A stretch of DNA of 64,000 nucleotides from contig CAVWFS010000009.1 of assembly GCA_963754315.1 (NCBI GenBank), forward strand, positions 64,001 through 128,000, read 5' to 3'. This DNA is from an uncultured Candidatus Rokubacteria bacterium. Lineage in GTDB: Bacteria > Methylomirabilota > Methylomirabilia > Rokubacteriales > CSP1-6. How positions within the stretch are numbered: position 1 is the first letter of the stretch; every line of letters begins with the position of its first letter. Below, piece after piece: positions 39,491-50,005 of the stretch. The translations under genes and the position numbers were made by a program. Under the pieces are notes generated by a model. That model saw only the letters and a program-made list of their open reading frames with translations. It was not told where the DNA came from and ran no database searches.

Positions 39491-39618
39491 ATTCGAGCTG
39501 GCCGTCAAGACCCAGCCAGGACGGTGGAAAGGCTGGACGAGCGCCGGCTGGCGGGGACGAACTTCGAACGGAACAAACCGGCCCACTGAGGATAATTCTG
39601 CCCGGTGGGTCACGAAGG

Positions 39619-40701
39619 TCAAACAGTGCCGTTGCCCGGAGCCACCTCTCGGGCGCGGCCGGCGGCCGCCATGCGTGTCTCGACGCCGAGCTTTCTGTGA
39701 ACATGCTCCACGTGGTGACGGACCGTCGCCGGAGAGATCCCGAGGATGAGGGCAATCTCCGTGTTGCGCTTGCCCTCAGCGATCCACTTGAGCACTTCGG
39801 CCTCTCGCCGACTTAGGCCGAGAGTCTCCAGGGCTCCAGGCACTATCTCGGTCGTCGTCTCTGCGAAGATCAAGGTCACCCCGTCAGGGCTGGTTGCCAG
39901 CCGCACGTCGAGACGTGCACCTTGGCGCGCGATGACGAAGGGTTGGCAGCCGGGTGCGATACGCTCGGCCGCCCGCATTTCATTGATTACCCAATCGTCG
40001 AGAGCCTGAGGCAGACAGTTGGACGAGCCCCGGAGAGGACCGAAGTATGCGTCCAGCCATCGGCGGGCTCGCTTCGACATGACGCGAATCCGCCGCTCAC
40101 GATCCAACAAGACGACACTGACGCCGGCGAGCTCGGCCCCCAGCTCGAGCGAGGAGACATCATGCTGCAGTTCGGTCAGCCGCGCGGCAGTGGACTGAGC
40201 CTGAACGAGGTGGGGCAGCAGGAGATCGAGCAGGGTCCTATCGCGGACGGAAAAGTTGCCCTTCGCCCGGTTCAGGACCAACCCGAAGAATCCCCGGCAC
40301 GGCGACGGGAATACGACCCCGATCTGAAACTCGATGCCCATATGACGGTAGTAGTGCTTGTAGAGGTTGGAGCGTCGGAAGGCGTCGCGAGTCATCACAT
40401 CGGTCGTTGAGAACCATCGTCGGGGACCGCGACGAACGGAGTGGCGCGCGAGGTAATGCTCGGGGAGGAATTGGGCGACGATGGCATCCGCAGCAGGATG
40501 GGCTGGCTTTCCATCACCCACGATGGTCGTGACGCGATTCGGTTTCCGTCGAGCGAGATGGTAGGACGCCCGCTCGCCTGGGACAAGGCGGCGCACGCCC
40601 TGCACAGCACGGCTGGCGAAGGTGTCCGAGTCACTGGCAACGTAAAGATCCGCAATTACGGCGCTCAGGCTGTGTGCGTCGCGATGTGAGATCCGAGGCA
40701 T
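39619..40701 (-). CDS. LuxR-type HTH transcriptional regulator with N-terminal GAF-like region
   Basis: LSRREAEVLKWIAEGKRNTEIALILGISPATVRHHVEHVHRKLGV. Confidence 0.9.
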   Translation of the reverse strand: MPRISHRDAHSLSAVIADLYVASDSDTFASRAVQGVRRLVPGERASYHLARRKPNRVTTIVGDGKPAHPAADAIVAQFLPEHYLARHSVRRGPRRWFSTTDVMTRDAFRRSNLYKHYYRHMGIEFQIGVVFPSPCRGFFGLVLNRAKGNFSVRDRTLLDLLLPHLVQAQSTAARLTELQHDVSSLELGAELAGVSVVLLDRERRIRVMSKRARRWLDAYFGPLRGSSNCLPQALDDWVINEMRAAERIAPGCQPFVIARQGARLDVRLATSPDGVTLIFAETTTEIVPGALETLGLSRREAEVLKWIAEGKRNTEIALILGISPATVRHHVEHVHRKLGVETRMAAAGRAREVAPGNGTV

Positions 40702-41665
40702 GCGGAAGCGCTGCGAACTCCTCTCTATTCGGATCGGGCCGGTATCACGTAGCAGGGAGGGTGCCAAGCGATCCGATCATTGCGACACGGGGATCACAGC
40801 AATAAGAACGAGAAGGATCCTGAAGAGAGCCACCCAAAACCGGCCAGGCATGGACACGTGAGACCTACCTGATGGCATAGCAAGTCGCGCAGCGCCTCGG
40901 GGATCTGGACCATCCCGGCGCATCCGAGAGCGCGTGGGTGTCGGAGAATTTTACATAGGCACTTCTGCCCATCGACACCAGGGATCGTTCCGACCACGCT
41001 GCCCCGGAGCCAGGGATTTACTGGCGGCACAATCTCGACGACTGGGAGGAACGATCTCATGAGGCTGGGCCATCACTCCGGTCCTCGGACGTTCTTCATC
41101 CGCTCGGACATGGCCGTCAGACGGGGCGTCCTGCCGCTCAGAAAGGCCGAGCGCGGATGACCACTGACTCGATCTTTCGATGCCCGGACTATGTCGCCTT
41201 CTGGATCAGACTTGAGCGGCTTCGCCGCCATGTGGTCCGCCGGAGGATGGAGGAGGGCCCAATGCCTGAGACTGATATGGCGCTCGACCGATTGATCGTG
41301 CTGCAGCGTCGGGTTGAAAGGCGATTGGTGAACTGATGGCGCCATCAGCGCCCTACTCAGCCAACCCTTGACGCCCTGCCAGCCCCGAAACTTCCCGATA
41401 GATCCAGGTTTTGCGCTCCGTACAACCATAGGGGCTGGTCGCGTTCCAGGGCCAGTATGGTCCAGACGGGCCCATTTCGGTACTGCGCGACGACTCCTTC
41501 GAGAGCGGCCGAGGCGAGCACTGAACCCCGTCAACGCAGTTTCTCTGGGATGGCTTCCTCGAGGGACTACGCGATCATGGCTACGTGGGACGGGAACGGT
41601 TCCCACCGTGCTCGTCGGTGTCTTCGAACCCGTCAGAAGGTCACCGTGCCGATCCTAGCCGGCAC

Positions 41666-42832
41666 TCACGTAAGTGTGAAACCGTGCTGCGCGTGACAGG
41701 TATCGCCGATGAGCTGCTGATACGTCATCGGCAGGAGTGCACGTGCCTGTGCGGCGTCGCGCCGCCTCAGATCGACAAGCAGCTCCCCAAGGATCCTGAC
41801 CCCTTCCGCCCGTTGAGCCTGCTGGGCGGCCGTCAGCGCAATGACCTTCCGTTTGGTGGCGAAGGCGAGGCACTCCTCCGCATGGCCAAGAATCTTTAGC
41901 TGAGCGTCTAGCTCCTCCCACGCGTTCTGCGGTGAGCGGGGCAGCTGACCATAGAAGCGGCGGATGAGGTCAACGTCGGCGCCACCCATCCGCCATGCCA
42001 TCAGCACCGTTTGCTCTTGGACCCGCTGACGCGCGTCCTTACCCCCGAACCCGTAGTGGATGGCGGATAGCAGACCGTACAGCATGTGTGTTCCGCCACA
42101 CGTAAAGCCGTGGACAGGAGCCCTGGCGACGAGCGGCCGCCCGCTACGCATGGCGGCGAGCAGGGGCGCGGAGGCGTTCTCCAGATCGCGCAGCGCACCA
42201 TCGGCGAGATCATCGAGGTTCACGGAATGTCCCCAGGCGTTGGTCCATCGCTTCCGTACCAGCGGGGTGGTTCGACTGAATGCGATGAGACTCCACGGGA
42301 TGATCTGGGGGTCCGTCATTTTTGACGGCTCGAATAGCAACCGTGCCCCCTCCACGAGATCGGAAACGGTTCTCCGCTGCCCCCTGTGCGTAAAGGTGTG
42401 ATCGAGGGGCACCCCGGCCTCTAGCATCGTCTTGAGGAAGCTGTTCGGATGGAATTCGTCCTCCTTCCGGAAGGCCAACATCGTGCGGCCGTTCTCGGTC
42501 ACCGAGGTCACGTGTTCTTGGAGTAGGAAATCGACCGCTCTCTGTCCACTCTTGATCTTGAACGCGGCGCCCATGGCGCGTAGACCGTGCGCCACCAACC
42601 AGGGATCGGCTGGGGCAGTGGCGTTCGCGGCGATGATCGCTTTCGCGTCGGTCGAGGCGCGAGCGTAGGCGGTGCCCGAGGCGGCCGGCCCCGGCTGGGG
42701 GTTCCCCTCAAGCGCCAGGGCCGGCCGCTGCGCCAAGCTGGCCACCAGCAGGCCCGTGCCACCCGCCAGGACCTGCCGCCGTGTCAGCGGCGGATGGCAG
42801 GTCGAGCGGAAGAACGGATCTGTTACAGGCAC
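41666..42832 (-). CDS. Tat-exported hypothetical protein
   Basis: TRRQVL Tat motif; DPWLVAHG, EFHPN, FTCGGTHMLYG, GHAEE and GDTCHA His/Cys motifs. Confidence 0.75.
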   Translation of the reverse strand: MPVTDPFFRSTCHPPLTRRQVLAGGTGLLVASLAQRPALALEGNPQPGPAASGTAYARASTDAKAIIAANATAPADPWLVAHGLRAMGAAFKIKSGQRAVDFLLQEHVTSVTENGRTMLAFRKEDEFHPNSFLKTMLEAGVPLDHTFTHRGQRRTVSDLVEGARLLFEPSKMTDPQIIPWSLIAFSRTTPLVRKRWTNAWGHSVNLDDLADGALRDLENASAPLLAAMRSGRPLVARAPVHGFTCGGTHMLYGLLSAIHYGFGGKDARQRVQEQTVLMAWRMGGADVDLIRRFYGQLPRSPQNAWEELDAQLKILGHAEECLAFATKRKVIALTAAQQAQRAEGVRILGELLVDLRRRDAAQARALLPMTYQQLIGDTCHAQHGFTLT

Positions 42833-43334
42833 GCGCCGGTCTCAGCCGCCATGCGTTCGATGTTGAGCACGCAGATACCGAACCCCGCGTGCTGCGGCTG
42901 TTTCGAGGAGCTGATGATCTCGCAGTCGGCGAGATCTCCCGAGCACCAATCGGGCATCCTCGGTTGTTTCTGGAACGCGCTTCCATGCGAACCCGAGGCC
43001 GCGCGTGGCCCGCAGCCGCGCATCCGTCCCCAGATCGAAGCGATAGCCCGATAGCCCACCGGGGCCAGGATAGCCGATGTGCGCCTCATAGCAACGAGGG
43101 GCCGCGAGCGGTCCGAACCATGCGGGGCGTTGACCATCGTCGTGGCGCTCATGTCTACGGGCGCGGGGCCGGGGCTAGTCCCGAGCGTCGGAGCTGGACC
43201 CGGCAAGGGCAGCGGGTGCTCGAGCCGGCGCCTGACGGTATAGGCAGAGTCAGTTCCCCGGTCATTTCATCTCCGTCGATCATCGGCCACGAGCGCACCG
43301 GAGATCCATGGGCATGAAGCCGCATACCTCATTG

Positions 43335-44402
43335 TCATGCGAGGAGTTCTTCACAGCCGAGGTCGTCGAACGCCTGCAGGATGCGCTCGAGGTGACTCCA
43401 CCAGATCCACGGTCCGAGCTTCAGCGCGCTTTGCCAGACGGGCACGCCGAGCTGCCAGACGACGGAGAGGCGGTAGTCTTCCCACAGCGCCTCGAAGCGG
43501 TAGCCGCTCACCCCGTTCGCTTCCAGAGCCTCGTGATACCGCCGCAGCAGCGGCGTCTCCAGGCGCCGCCGTCGCTCGGGGTACCAGTGCACGGCCATCA
43601 TGTAGGCGAGGTCTTCGGCGGCAAGATCGAGCCTCCACCCGTCCCAGTCGATCAGGCGAAGGCCATCGGCGGTCGTGTCTCGCGGATACATCAGATTCCA
43701 CACGTGCGCGTCCCCATGGACGACCGTGAGGTGTTCGCGCGAGCGATAGCGCGACATCAGCGCCCACGCCGATCCGATGGCGCGCTCGTAGATTCGCCGG
43801 CGCGCCATCGGGAGTCGGTCCCCGAGCCGGTCCGCGAACGCGACAAATCGCTTCTCGTAGTTCTCCAGCCACCGGGCGACGGTCGCCTCGTCCATGAACG
43901 TCCCGACCTCGACGCCGAGCCGGGGGTCGTTCCACCACGCGGCATGGAATCGGGCGTAGGTATCGATGATCCGCTCGCACTGCTCGGTGGTCGGGGGCAG
44001 CGGCCACTCGGTGACCACGACGTGCGTCTCGGCAAGGTCTTCGAGCATGAGGTGAAAGGTGTTCGCCGCCTGATCGCGGGCGGCATCGTAACAGAGGGGG
44101 ACGATCCCAGGACGCATCAAAGGGGCCACCGTTTCGTAGAACGCGACTTCCTTCAGCACGCCGGCGGCCAGCTCGGGGCTGTGATCGGGGCGCGATGCCT
44201 TGAAAAAGAGCCGGGCGGGCGGATGCGCCTCGGCGTCGGGCGAGTATTCGAGGCTGAGCCGGGCGATGGCCGAGATGAGCGTCGTCCGCGATGACTCGAT
44301 GGCGATTCGTTCGACCCGGCCACGCGGAAGGTGGCCTTGTCGCCGAAGGACCGCGGTCAGGCGGTCAGGCGTCAGCCCGTCGAGGACGAGGACATCACTC
44401 AC
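43335..44402 (-). CDS. APH/choline-kinase-like (EcKL) phosphotransferase
   Basis: EVAFY, LMLEDL, VVHGDAHVWN and LIDW motifs. Confidence 0.88.
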   Translation of the reverse strand: MSDVLVLDGLTPDRLTAVLRRQGHLPRGRVERIAIESSRTTLISAIARLSLEYSPDAEAHPPARLFFKASRPDHSPELAAGVLKEVAFYETVAPLMRPGIVPLCYDAARDQAANTFHLMLEDLAETHVVVTEWPLPPTTEQCERIIDTYARFHAAWWNDPRLGVEVGTFMDEATVARWLENYEKRFVAFADRLGDRLPMARRRIYERAIGSAWALMSRYRSREHLTVVHGDAHVWNLMYPRDTTADGLRLIDWDGWRLDLAAEDLAYMMAVHWYPERRRRLETPLLRRYHEALEANGVSGYRFEALWEDYRLSVVWQLGVPVWQSALKLGPWIWWSHLERILQAFDDLGCEELLA

Positions 44403-44648
44403 CGTAGCAGCACCGCTCGGCGGAGTCAGGCTCTCGTAGCATCGGGTTGCGCGACAAGCGGTATCATCCTCCACGTCACATACGATTCACGCAGTCTAGC
44501 GTAAAGGTCGACGGACCTGCGCGTCGTGTCGCCAGCCCGTACCCTTCGCAAGCCCTGCTTGCGCCATCGACTGCTACACTCGTCACCCGGGGAGGGTGAC
44601 GAGGGCGGCCGTCAGCAGCGCACCATATCCGCGGGGAGGACGAGTCCG

Positions 44649-45059
44649 ATGGACATTGCCGCCGCACAGCAGTTTCTGCGTGAGAACAGAAATGCCGTCC
44701 TTGCTACCTGGCGGCGCGATGGCCGCCTGCAAATGTCCCCGGTCACGGTCGGACTGGATGGGACGGGGCGGGCAATCCTGAGCAGTCGGGAAACCGCCTA
44801 TAAAGTGCGTAATCTGCGCCGTGATCCGCGCGCCGCGCTGTGCGTCTTCGTCAAGGCTTTTTTCGGCCCGTGGGTCCAGATCGAGGGAACCGCCGAGGTC
44901 GTGACCTTGCCCGAAGCGATGGAGCCGCTCGTGGACTACTATCGCTGTCTGGCCGGCGAGCATCCCGATTGGGACGACTATCGCCGAGCGATGACGGCCG
45001 ACCGCCGGGCGCTCATCCGCATCACAATTGAGCGTGCAGGTCCGGAACGTCAGGGCTAA
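44649..45059 (+). CDS. PPOX-class F420-dependent oxidoreductase
   Basis: AVLATWRRDGRLQMSPV and KVRNLRRDPR motifs. Confidence 0.9.
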   Translation: MDIAAAQQFLRENRNAVLATWRRDGRLQMSPVTVGLDGTGRAILSSRETAYKVRNLRRDPRAALCVFVKAFFGPWVQIEGTAEVVTLPEAMEPLVDYYRCLAGEHPDWDDYRRAMTADRRALIRITIERAGPERQG

Positions 45060-45118
45060 GAGAACCGCGGGGGGGGGACGCCATGGACCGTCGAGATGCG
45101 GTAGGTACAATCGGCCGG

Positions 45119-46141
45119 ATGCTCACGGCATTGCTCGTGGGGCTGACCCTCGTCTGGTTCCCCGGATTCGCCCGTGCTCAGGGCATCGCTGACGTGGGCG
45201 CCGTCTTCGAGAAGGTGAATCCCTCAGTCGTTGTCATTAGGGCCAAAGGCCGCGAGGTGACGGGAACGGGACTGGTTGGCTTTACCGAGGTCGGCTCCGG
45301 GGTCCTCATCTCGGCGGACGGAAAGGTCATGACCGCGGCGCATGTCACCCAGTCCCTGGATGACGTCACTGTCGAGTTCATCGGCGGCGAGACGGTTCGC
45401 GCGCGGACCGTAGCGGAGGAGCCAGCTGCGGACCTGGAGCTGCTTCAGCTGGAGCGCGTCCCGGCGGGAGCGAAGGTGGCAACCTTGGGCGACTCGAACA
45501 CGGTGCGGGTTGGCGACCCCGTCCTCATCGTCGGGGCACCCTACGGACTGAGCCATGCGATGAGCGCAGGCTGGGTCAGCGCCCGCTGGCCTGCCAATAG
45601 CGTCTATCGGGCCATGCCGCTGGCGGAGTTTCTCCAGACGAATGCCACCATCAACACGGGGAATTCGGGCGGCCCCATGTTCAACATGAAGGGCGAGGTC
45701 ATCGGGATCGTCAGTCACAACATCTCCAAGGGCGGCGGCAGCGAAGGCCTGGGCTTCGTGGTATCCATCAATACGGCGAAGCAGCTCCTCTTGGAGCGCC
45801 CCTCGTTCTGGAGTGGGCTGGACGGGCGCCTGATCTCGGGGTCCATCGCGCAGATCCTCAATGTCCCCCAACCGATTGGATATCTCGTCAAGAGCGTCGC
45901 CAAGGGCTCACCCGCCGACGCGGTGGGCCTCCGAGGGGGAGCCGCGCTCGCGACCATCATGGGCGAGCAGCTCGTCGTGGGCGGGGACATCATCCTGAAG
46001 GTTCAAGGCATTCCCATCGGCGATGCTGCCGATCACCGGCGAGTGCGCGATATTCTGGCCGCGGTGCCCCCGGGGGCCGAGTTCGTGATGACGGTCCTCC
46101 GTCTGGGCCAGGTCGTCGAACTGAAGGGACGCCACCCGTGA
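45119..46141 (+). CDS. HtrA/DegP-like serine protease with PDZ domain
   Basis: GSGVLI, TAAHV, DLELL and INTGNSGGPMFN; PDZ (GSPADAVGL, GGDII). Confidence 0.92.
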   Translation: MLTALLVGLTLVWFPGFARAQGIADVGAVFEKVNPSVVVIRAKGREVTGTGLVGFTEVGSGVLISADGKVMTAAHVTQSLDDVTVEFIGGETVRARTVAEEPAADLELLQLERVPAGAKVATLGDSNTVRVGDPVLIVGAPYGLSHAMSAGWVSARWPANSVYRAMPLAEFLQTNATINTGNSGGPMFNMKGEVIGIVSHNISKGGGSEGLGFVVSINTAKQLLLERPSFWSGLDGRLISGSIAQILNVPQPIGYLVKSVAKGSPADAVGLRGGAALATIMGEQLVVGGDIILKVQGIPIGDAADHRRVRDILAAVPPGAEFVMTVLRLGQVVELKGRHP

Positions 46142-46187
46142 CCGCGTGGAACCGCGGAGGAGTTCCTCACTGGAGGGAATACGAGTC

Positions 46188-47126
46188 ATGACTGAATCGT
46201 CGATCGCGGATCGTGTGACCCACGAAGAGCACGCGCGGGCTGCCGTCACCCAGCTCGAGATCGACCAGCGCGTCTTCGACCTCTACGACGAGTACTGTCA
46301 CGGACGCATCGACCGGCGCGAGTTCCTGCAGCGGGCCGGGGTCCTGACGGTCGGGGGCGTCTCGGCGCTGGCCATGGCCCAGGCGCTGTTGCCGCGCTAT
46401 GCGCAGGCCCAGACCATCTCCTTCACCGACCCGCGGATCAAGGCGCAGTACGTGTCGTATCCGTCACCCGGCGGCAACTCCGGCACCATGCGTGGCTATC
46501 TCGTGCGCCCGACGGGCCCGGGCCCCTTCGCCGGCGTGCTGGTGATCCACGAGAACCGCGGGCTCAATCCGTATATCGAGGACGTGGCGCGCCGGGCGGC
46601 GGCGGAGGGATTCCTGGCCCTCGCCCCCGACGGTCTATCGCCGGCGGGTGGGTATCCGGGCAACGACGACGACGGCCGCGCCCTGCAGGCGAGTCTTGAC
46701 CAGGGGAAGCTGCGCACCGACATGGTCAACAGCGCGCGCTTCCTGAAGGCGCACGCCCTGTCCAACGGCAAGCTTGGCGTCACGGGATTCTGCTGGGGCG
46801 GCAGTACCACGAACTTCCTGGCGATCACCCTCGGCCCCGATCTGCAGGCGGGCGTGCCGTTCTACGGTGCCGCCGCCGAGACGACGGCCGTGCCGAAGAT
46901 CAAGGCGCCCCTGCTGATTCACTACGCGGAGAACGACGAGCGCATCAACGCGCTGTGGCCGGCCTTCGAGGCGGCGCTGAAGTCGAGCGGCGTTTCCTAC
47001 CAGATGCACATGTATCCGGGGACCCAGCACGGCTTTCACAACAATTCGACGCCGCGCTACAACGAAGTGGCGGCCAAGCTGGCCTGGGAGCGAACGATCA
47101 TGTTCTTCAAGACGAATCTGGCCTGA
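46188..47126 (+). CDS. Dienelactone hydrolase family protein (YghX-like)
   Basis: VIHENRGLNPYIEDVARR, GFCWGG and HGFHN motifs. Confidence 0.92.
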   Translation: MTESSIADRVTHEEHARAAVTQLEIDQRVFDLYDEYCHGRIDRREFLQRAGVLTVGGVSALAMAQALLPRYAQAQTISFTDPRIKAQYVSYPSPGGNSGTMRGYLVRPTGPGPFAGVLVIHENRGLNPYIEDVARRAAAEGFLALAPDGLSPAGGYPGNDDDGRALQASLDQGKLRTDMVNSARFLKAHALSNGKLGVTGFCWGGSTTNFLAITLGPDLQAGVPFYGAAAETTAVPKIKAPLLIHYAENDERINALWPAFEAALKSSGVSYQMHMYPGTQHGFHNNSTPRYNEVAAKLAWERTIMFFKTNLA

Positions 47127-47155
47127 GGGGGATTTTCGCGACGACGACGGGCCCA

Positions 47156-48425
47156 GTGACTGAGCCTGACCCGCGCGGTACTCGCGCACGTCGACCGGCG
47201 GGAGCTGGTCGACCTCGCCGGTGCTCTCATCCGTATCCCGAGCTTCAAGACGGAAGAGACTCCGGTCGCGCTCTTTCTCGAGGAGTTCTTCCGCCAGCGC
47301 GGCTACGACGTCGACCTTCAAGAGATCGAGCCCGGGCGATTTCAGACGATTGCCGTCCTGCGTGGCACGGGCGGTGGCGCCAGCCTGATGCTCAACGGCC
47401 ACACCGACATCAACGCGCTCACCCTGCGCTGGCGGCGCGATCCGTGGGTGCCCAGCCTCGAAGGCGATCGGCTCTACGGCCACGGGGTGCAGAACATGAA
47501 GGGAGGTCTGGCCAGCATCATCATGGCGGCCGAGGCCGTCCGGCGATCCAGTGTGCGCCTGGCGGGCGATCTCGTGGTGGCCTGCGTGGCGGGCGAGACG
47601 CAGGGCGGCGAGGGCACGCACTACCTGATGGAGCGAGGCTTTCGGACCGATGCGGCGGTGGTGGCGGAGCCCTTCGGCGCCGACCACCTCGTCACCGTGC
47701 ATTCGGGGATCGTGCACATGGCCATCCATACGTACGGGGTGACGGGGCATATCGGGCGGCTTGAGGGCACGGTGAACGCAGTCCACACGATGACGGCGGT
47801 CATCGACGCGCTGCAACGTGTGCAATTCCGCCACCCGCCGCGCCCCGATCTGCCTGCCTTTCCGCGGCTCAACATCGGCAGTATCCTCGGCGGGCGCGGC
47901 CGCGACTACGTGCTGGTGGAGCCGCCCTACGTGCCCGACCTCTGCACGATCATCGTGGATGTCCACTTCGTGCCGGGCCAGACGGTCGAGGGCATCGTCG
48001 CCGACATTCGGCGTGTGCTCGACCCGCTCGCCGCCCGCGATCGGACCTTACGCTATGAGATCGAGATCCCGCCCCCCGCCCATTTCAGAGGGCGGCGCCG
48101 GCTCGTGATGGATCCTTTTGATATGCCCATCGACGCGCCCATCGTGCAGGCGGTGGCCAGGAGCTATCGAGCCGTGACCGGAGAGGAGCCGAGGGCCATC
48201 GGCACCGTGCTGCCGCACTCGTACAGCGCCGACGACACCTGCCACCTCTGGAAGGCCGGGATCCCGTGCCTCCTGTACGGGCCCGGCGTCATCCGCGGCA
48301 GCGAGGACGAGGACGACGCCTGCGTCCTCGTGAGCGAGATGGAGAGGGTCACGCGCGTGCTGGCCGTGACCGCCCTCGATGTCTGCCAGCGCAAGCCCGT
48401 GGAGCTGGCTCTCGGGCCCCGCTGA
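47156..48425 (+). CDS. M20-family metallopeptidase/deacetylase (ArgE/DapE-like); start codon out of frame by one base
   Basis: LIRIPSFKTEE, LNGHTD, LYGHGVQNMKGG, GETQGGEG and AEP motifs. Confidence 0.88.
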
Positions 48426-48448
48426 GAGGAAAGGGCGCGTCGACGCCC

Positions 48449-49864
48449 TCAGGACTCCCGTGCCCACAGGGTCTTGGTCAGCACGCCGACGTGGTTCTCG
48501 ACCACCTGCATCGCGTCGAGGATCAGATCCTCGCGGAACCGGCGGCTCACGATCTGGATTCCGGCGGGTAGGCCCTCGACCAGGCCGATCGGCACCACAC
48601 CCGCCGGCAACCCGAGGTAGTTGACGCCATAGCTGTAGATGGCGGCGTCGAAGAGATCCTTGGTCTGTTCGTATCCTTGGGCGTCGTAGTTCCACGGGAA
48701 CGTGGGCCGCATGAGGAACGGCGTGAGGACGAGGGGGTGCCGCTCGAGGAACACGTTCCACTGGCGGGTCATGCGCGTTCGCTCGGCGATGCCCAGCATG
48801 TAGCCGGAGGCATCCACCGCGTTCGCCATCTTCTCGTACCAGCCGAAGATCTCCTGGATCGTGCGGCTGCCGTGCTGGTGCGCCTGGGGAAAGAGCAGCG
48901 CCTTCATCTCCGCCACCGCCACCTGAAACCATGCCCGCGCCGGTTCGGTGATGGGCGGCGGTTCGATCTCTTCCACGGCGTAGCCCGCTCCGGTGAGCCA
49001 GCCGGCCACGCGCTCCAGCGCCTGGCCGATCTCCGGGTGCATCGGGTACCCATGGGCATTCCTGGTCAAGGCGACGCGAAGGGGCGCCGGAAGGGGCTCG
49101 CCATCGAAGGGCACGGGCGCCCACCACGGATCGCGGGCGTCACCTTGCGCCATGATCCGCGTGGCCAGGCGCACATCGCGGACCTCTCGACAGATGGCGC
49201 CCTGGACCGACATGAGCTGCGCGAGCATTCCGCGCTCGGCGGTGGCCGAGGGGTTGTAGGCGGGGATGCGGCCGGGAGTCGGCTTCACCGTGGCCACGCC
49301 GCAGGCAAACGCGGGGAAGCGGAGCGAGCCGCCGATGTCGTTGCCGTGGTGGATGGGTCCGAAGCCCGCTGCGGCCGCCGCCCCCGCTCCGCCGGACGAG
49401 CCGCCCGGAGAGGCGTCCGGATGCCACGGACTCCGGGTTCGGCCGTGCAGCGGATTGTCGGTGGTGGCCCGCATCGACAGCTCCGGCGTGTTGGTGCGGC
49501 CCACGATAATCGCCCCGGCCTTGCGCAGATTGCGGACGAGCGGCGCGTCGTCGGGCGCGATGACGCCGGCGAAGGCCGGCACGCCGTTCGGCGTCGGCTT
49601 GCCCTGCTGATCGACATTCTCCTTGATGGTGACGGGGATGCCGTGAAGCGGGCCACGTCACGGCGCCGCCCGCCAGCTCCCCATCAGCCCGCCGGGCTGC
49701 GGCCAGGGCCTCTTCGGTGTAGTCGAAGACGATTGCGTTGAGCTCCCCGTTCCGGGCGCGGATGCGCCCGACCACGGAGTCCATCACCTCGAGGCACGAG
49801 TACGTACGCTGCCGAATGCCCTCGGCCAGCTCACAGGCGCTCGTTGCCACAGATCGTTTGCCAT
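48449..49864 (-). CDS. Amidase signature family protein; frameshifts near 49840 and 49650
   Basis: HGIPVTIKENVD, GGSSGG, GNDIGGSLRFPA and GLPAGIQI motifs. Confidence 0.88.
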
Positions 49865-50005
49865 CGTCTCCTCCCATGCGCGTCGATCGCGCGATCCCTG
49901 CCGCTCGTGAGCGCAGGCCGACAATATCGCAGGTTCTGCGGTGTTCCGCCCGAGACCCTTGACGGCGGCCGGGGGGCCGAGCGAGGCTCGTCCCCGGAGG
50001 CATCC

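Noticed and set aside
33160..39510. Diversity-generating retroelement or integron behind the fragment mosaic
   Set aside because: No reverse transcriptase, no TR/VR pair with adenine-specific differences and no attC-like sites were seen
26040..43300. attR duplication of the tRNA-Glu 3' end defining a full island or prophage
   Set aside because: No convincing direct copy of the tRNA 3' end was seen by eye and there are no phage structural genes; the right boundary is unresolved
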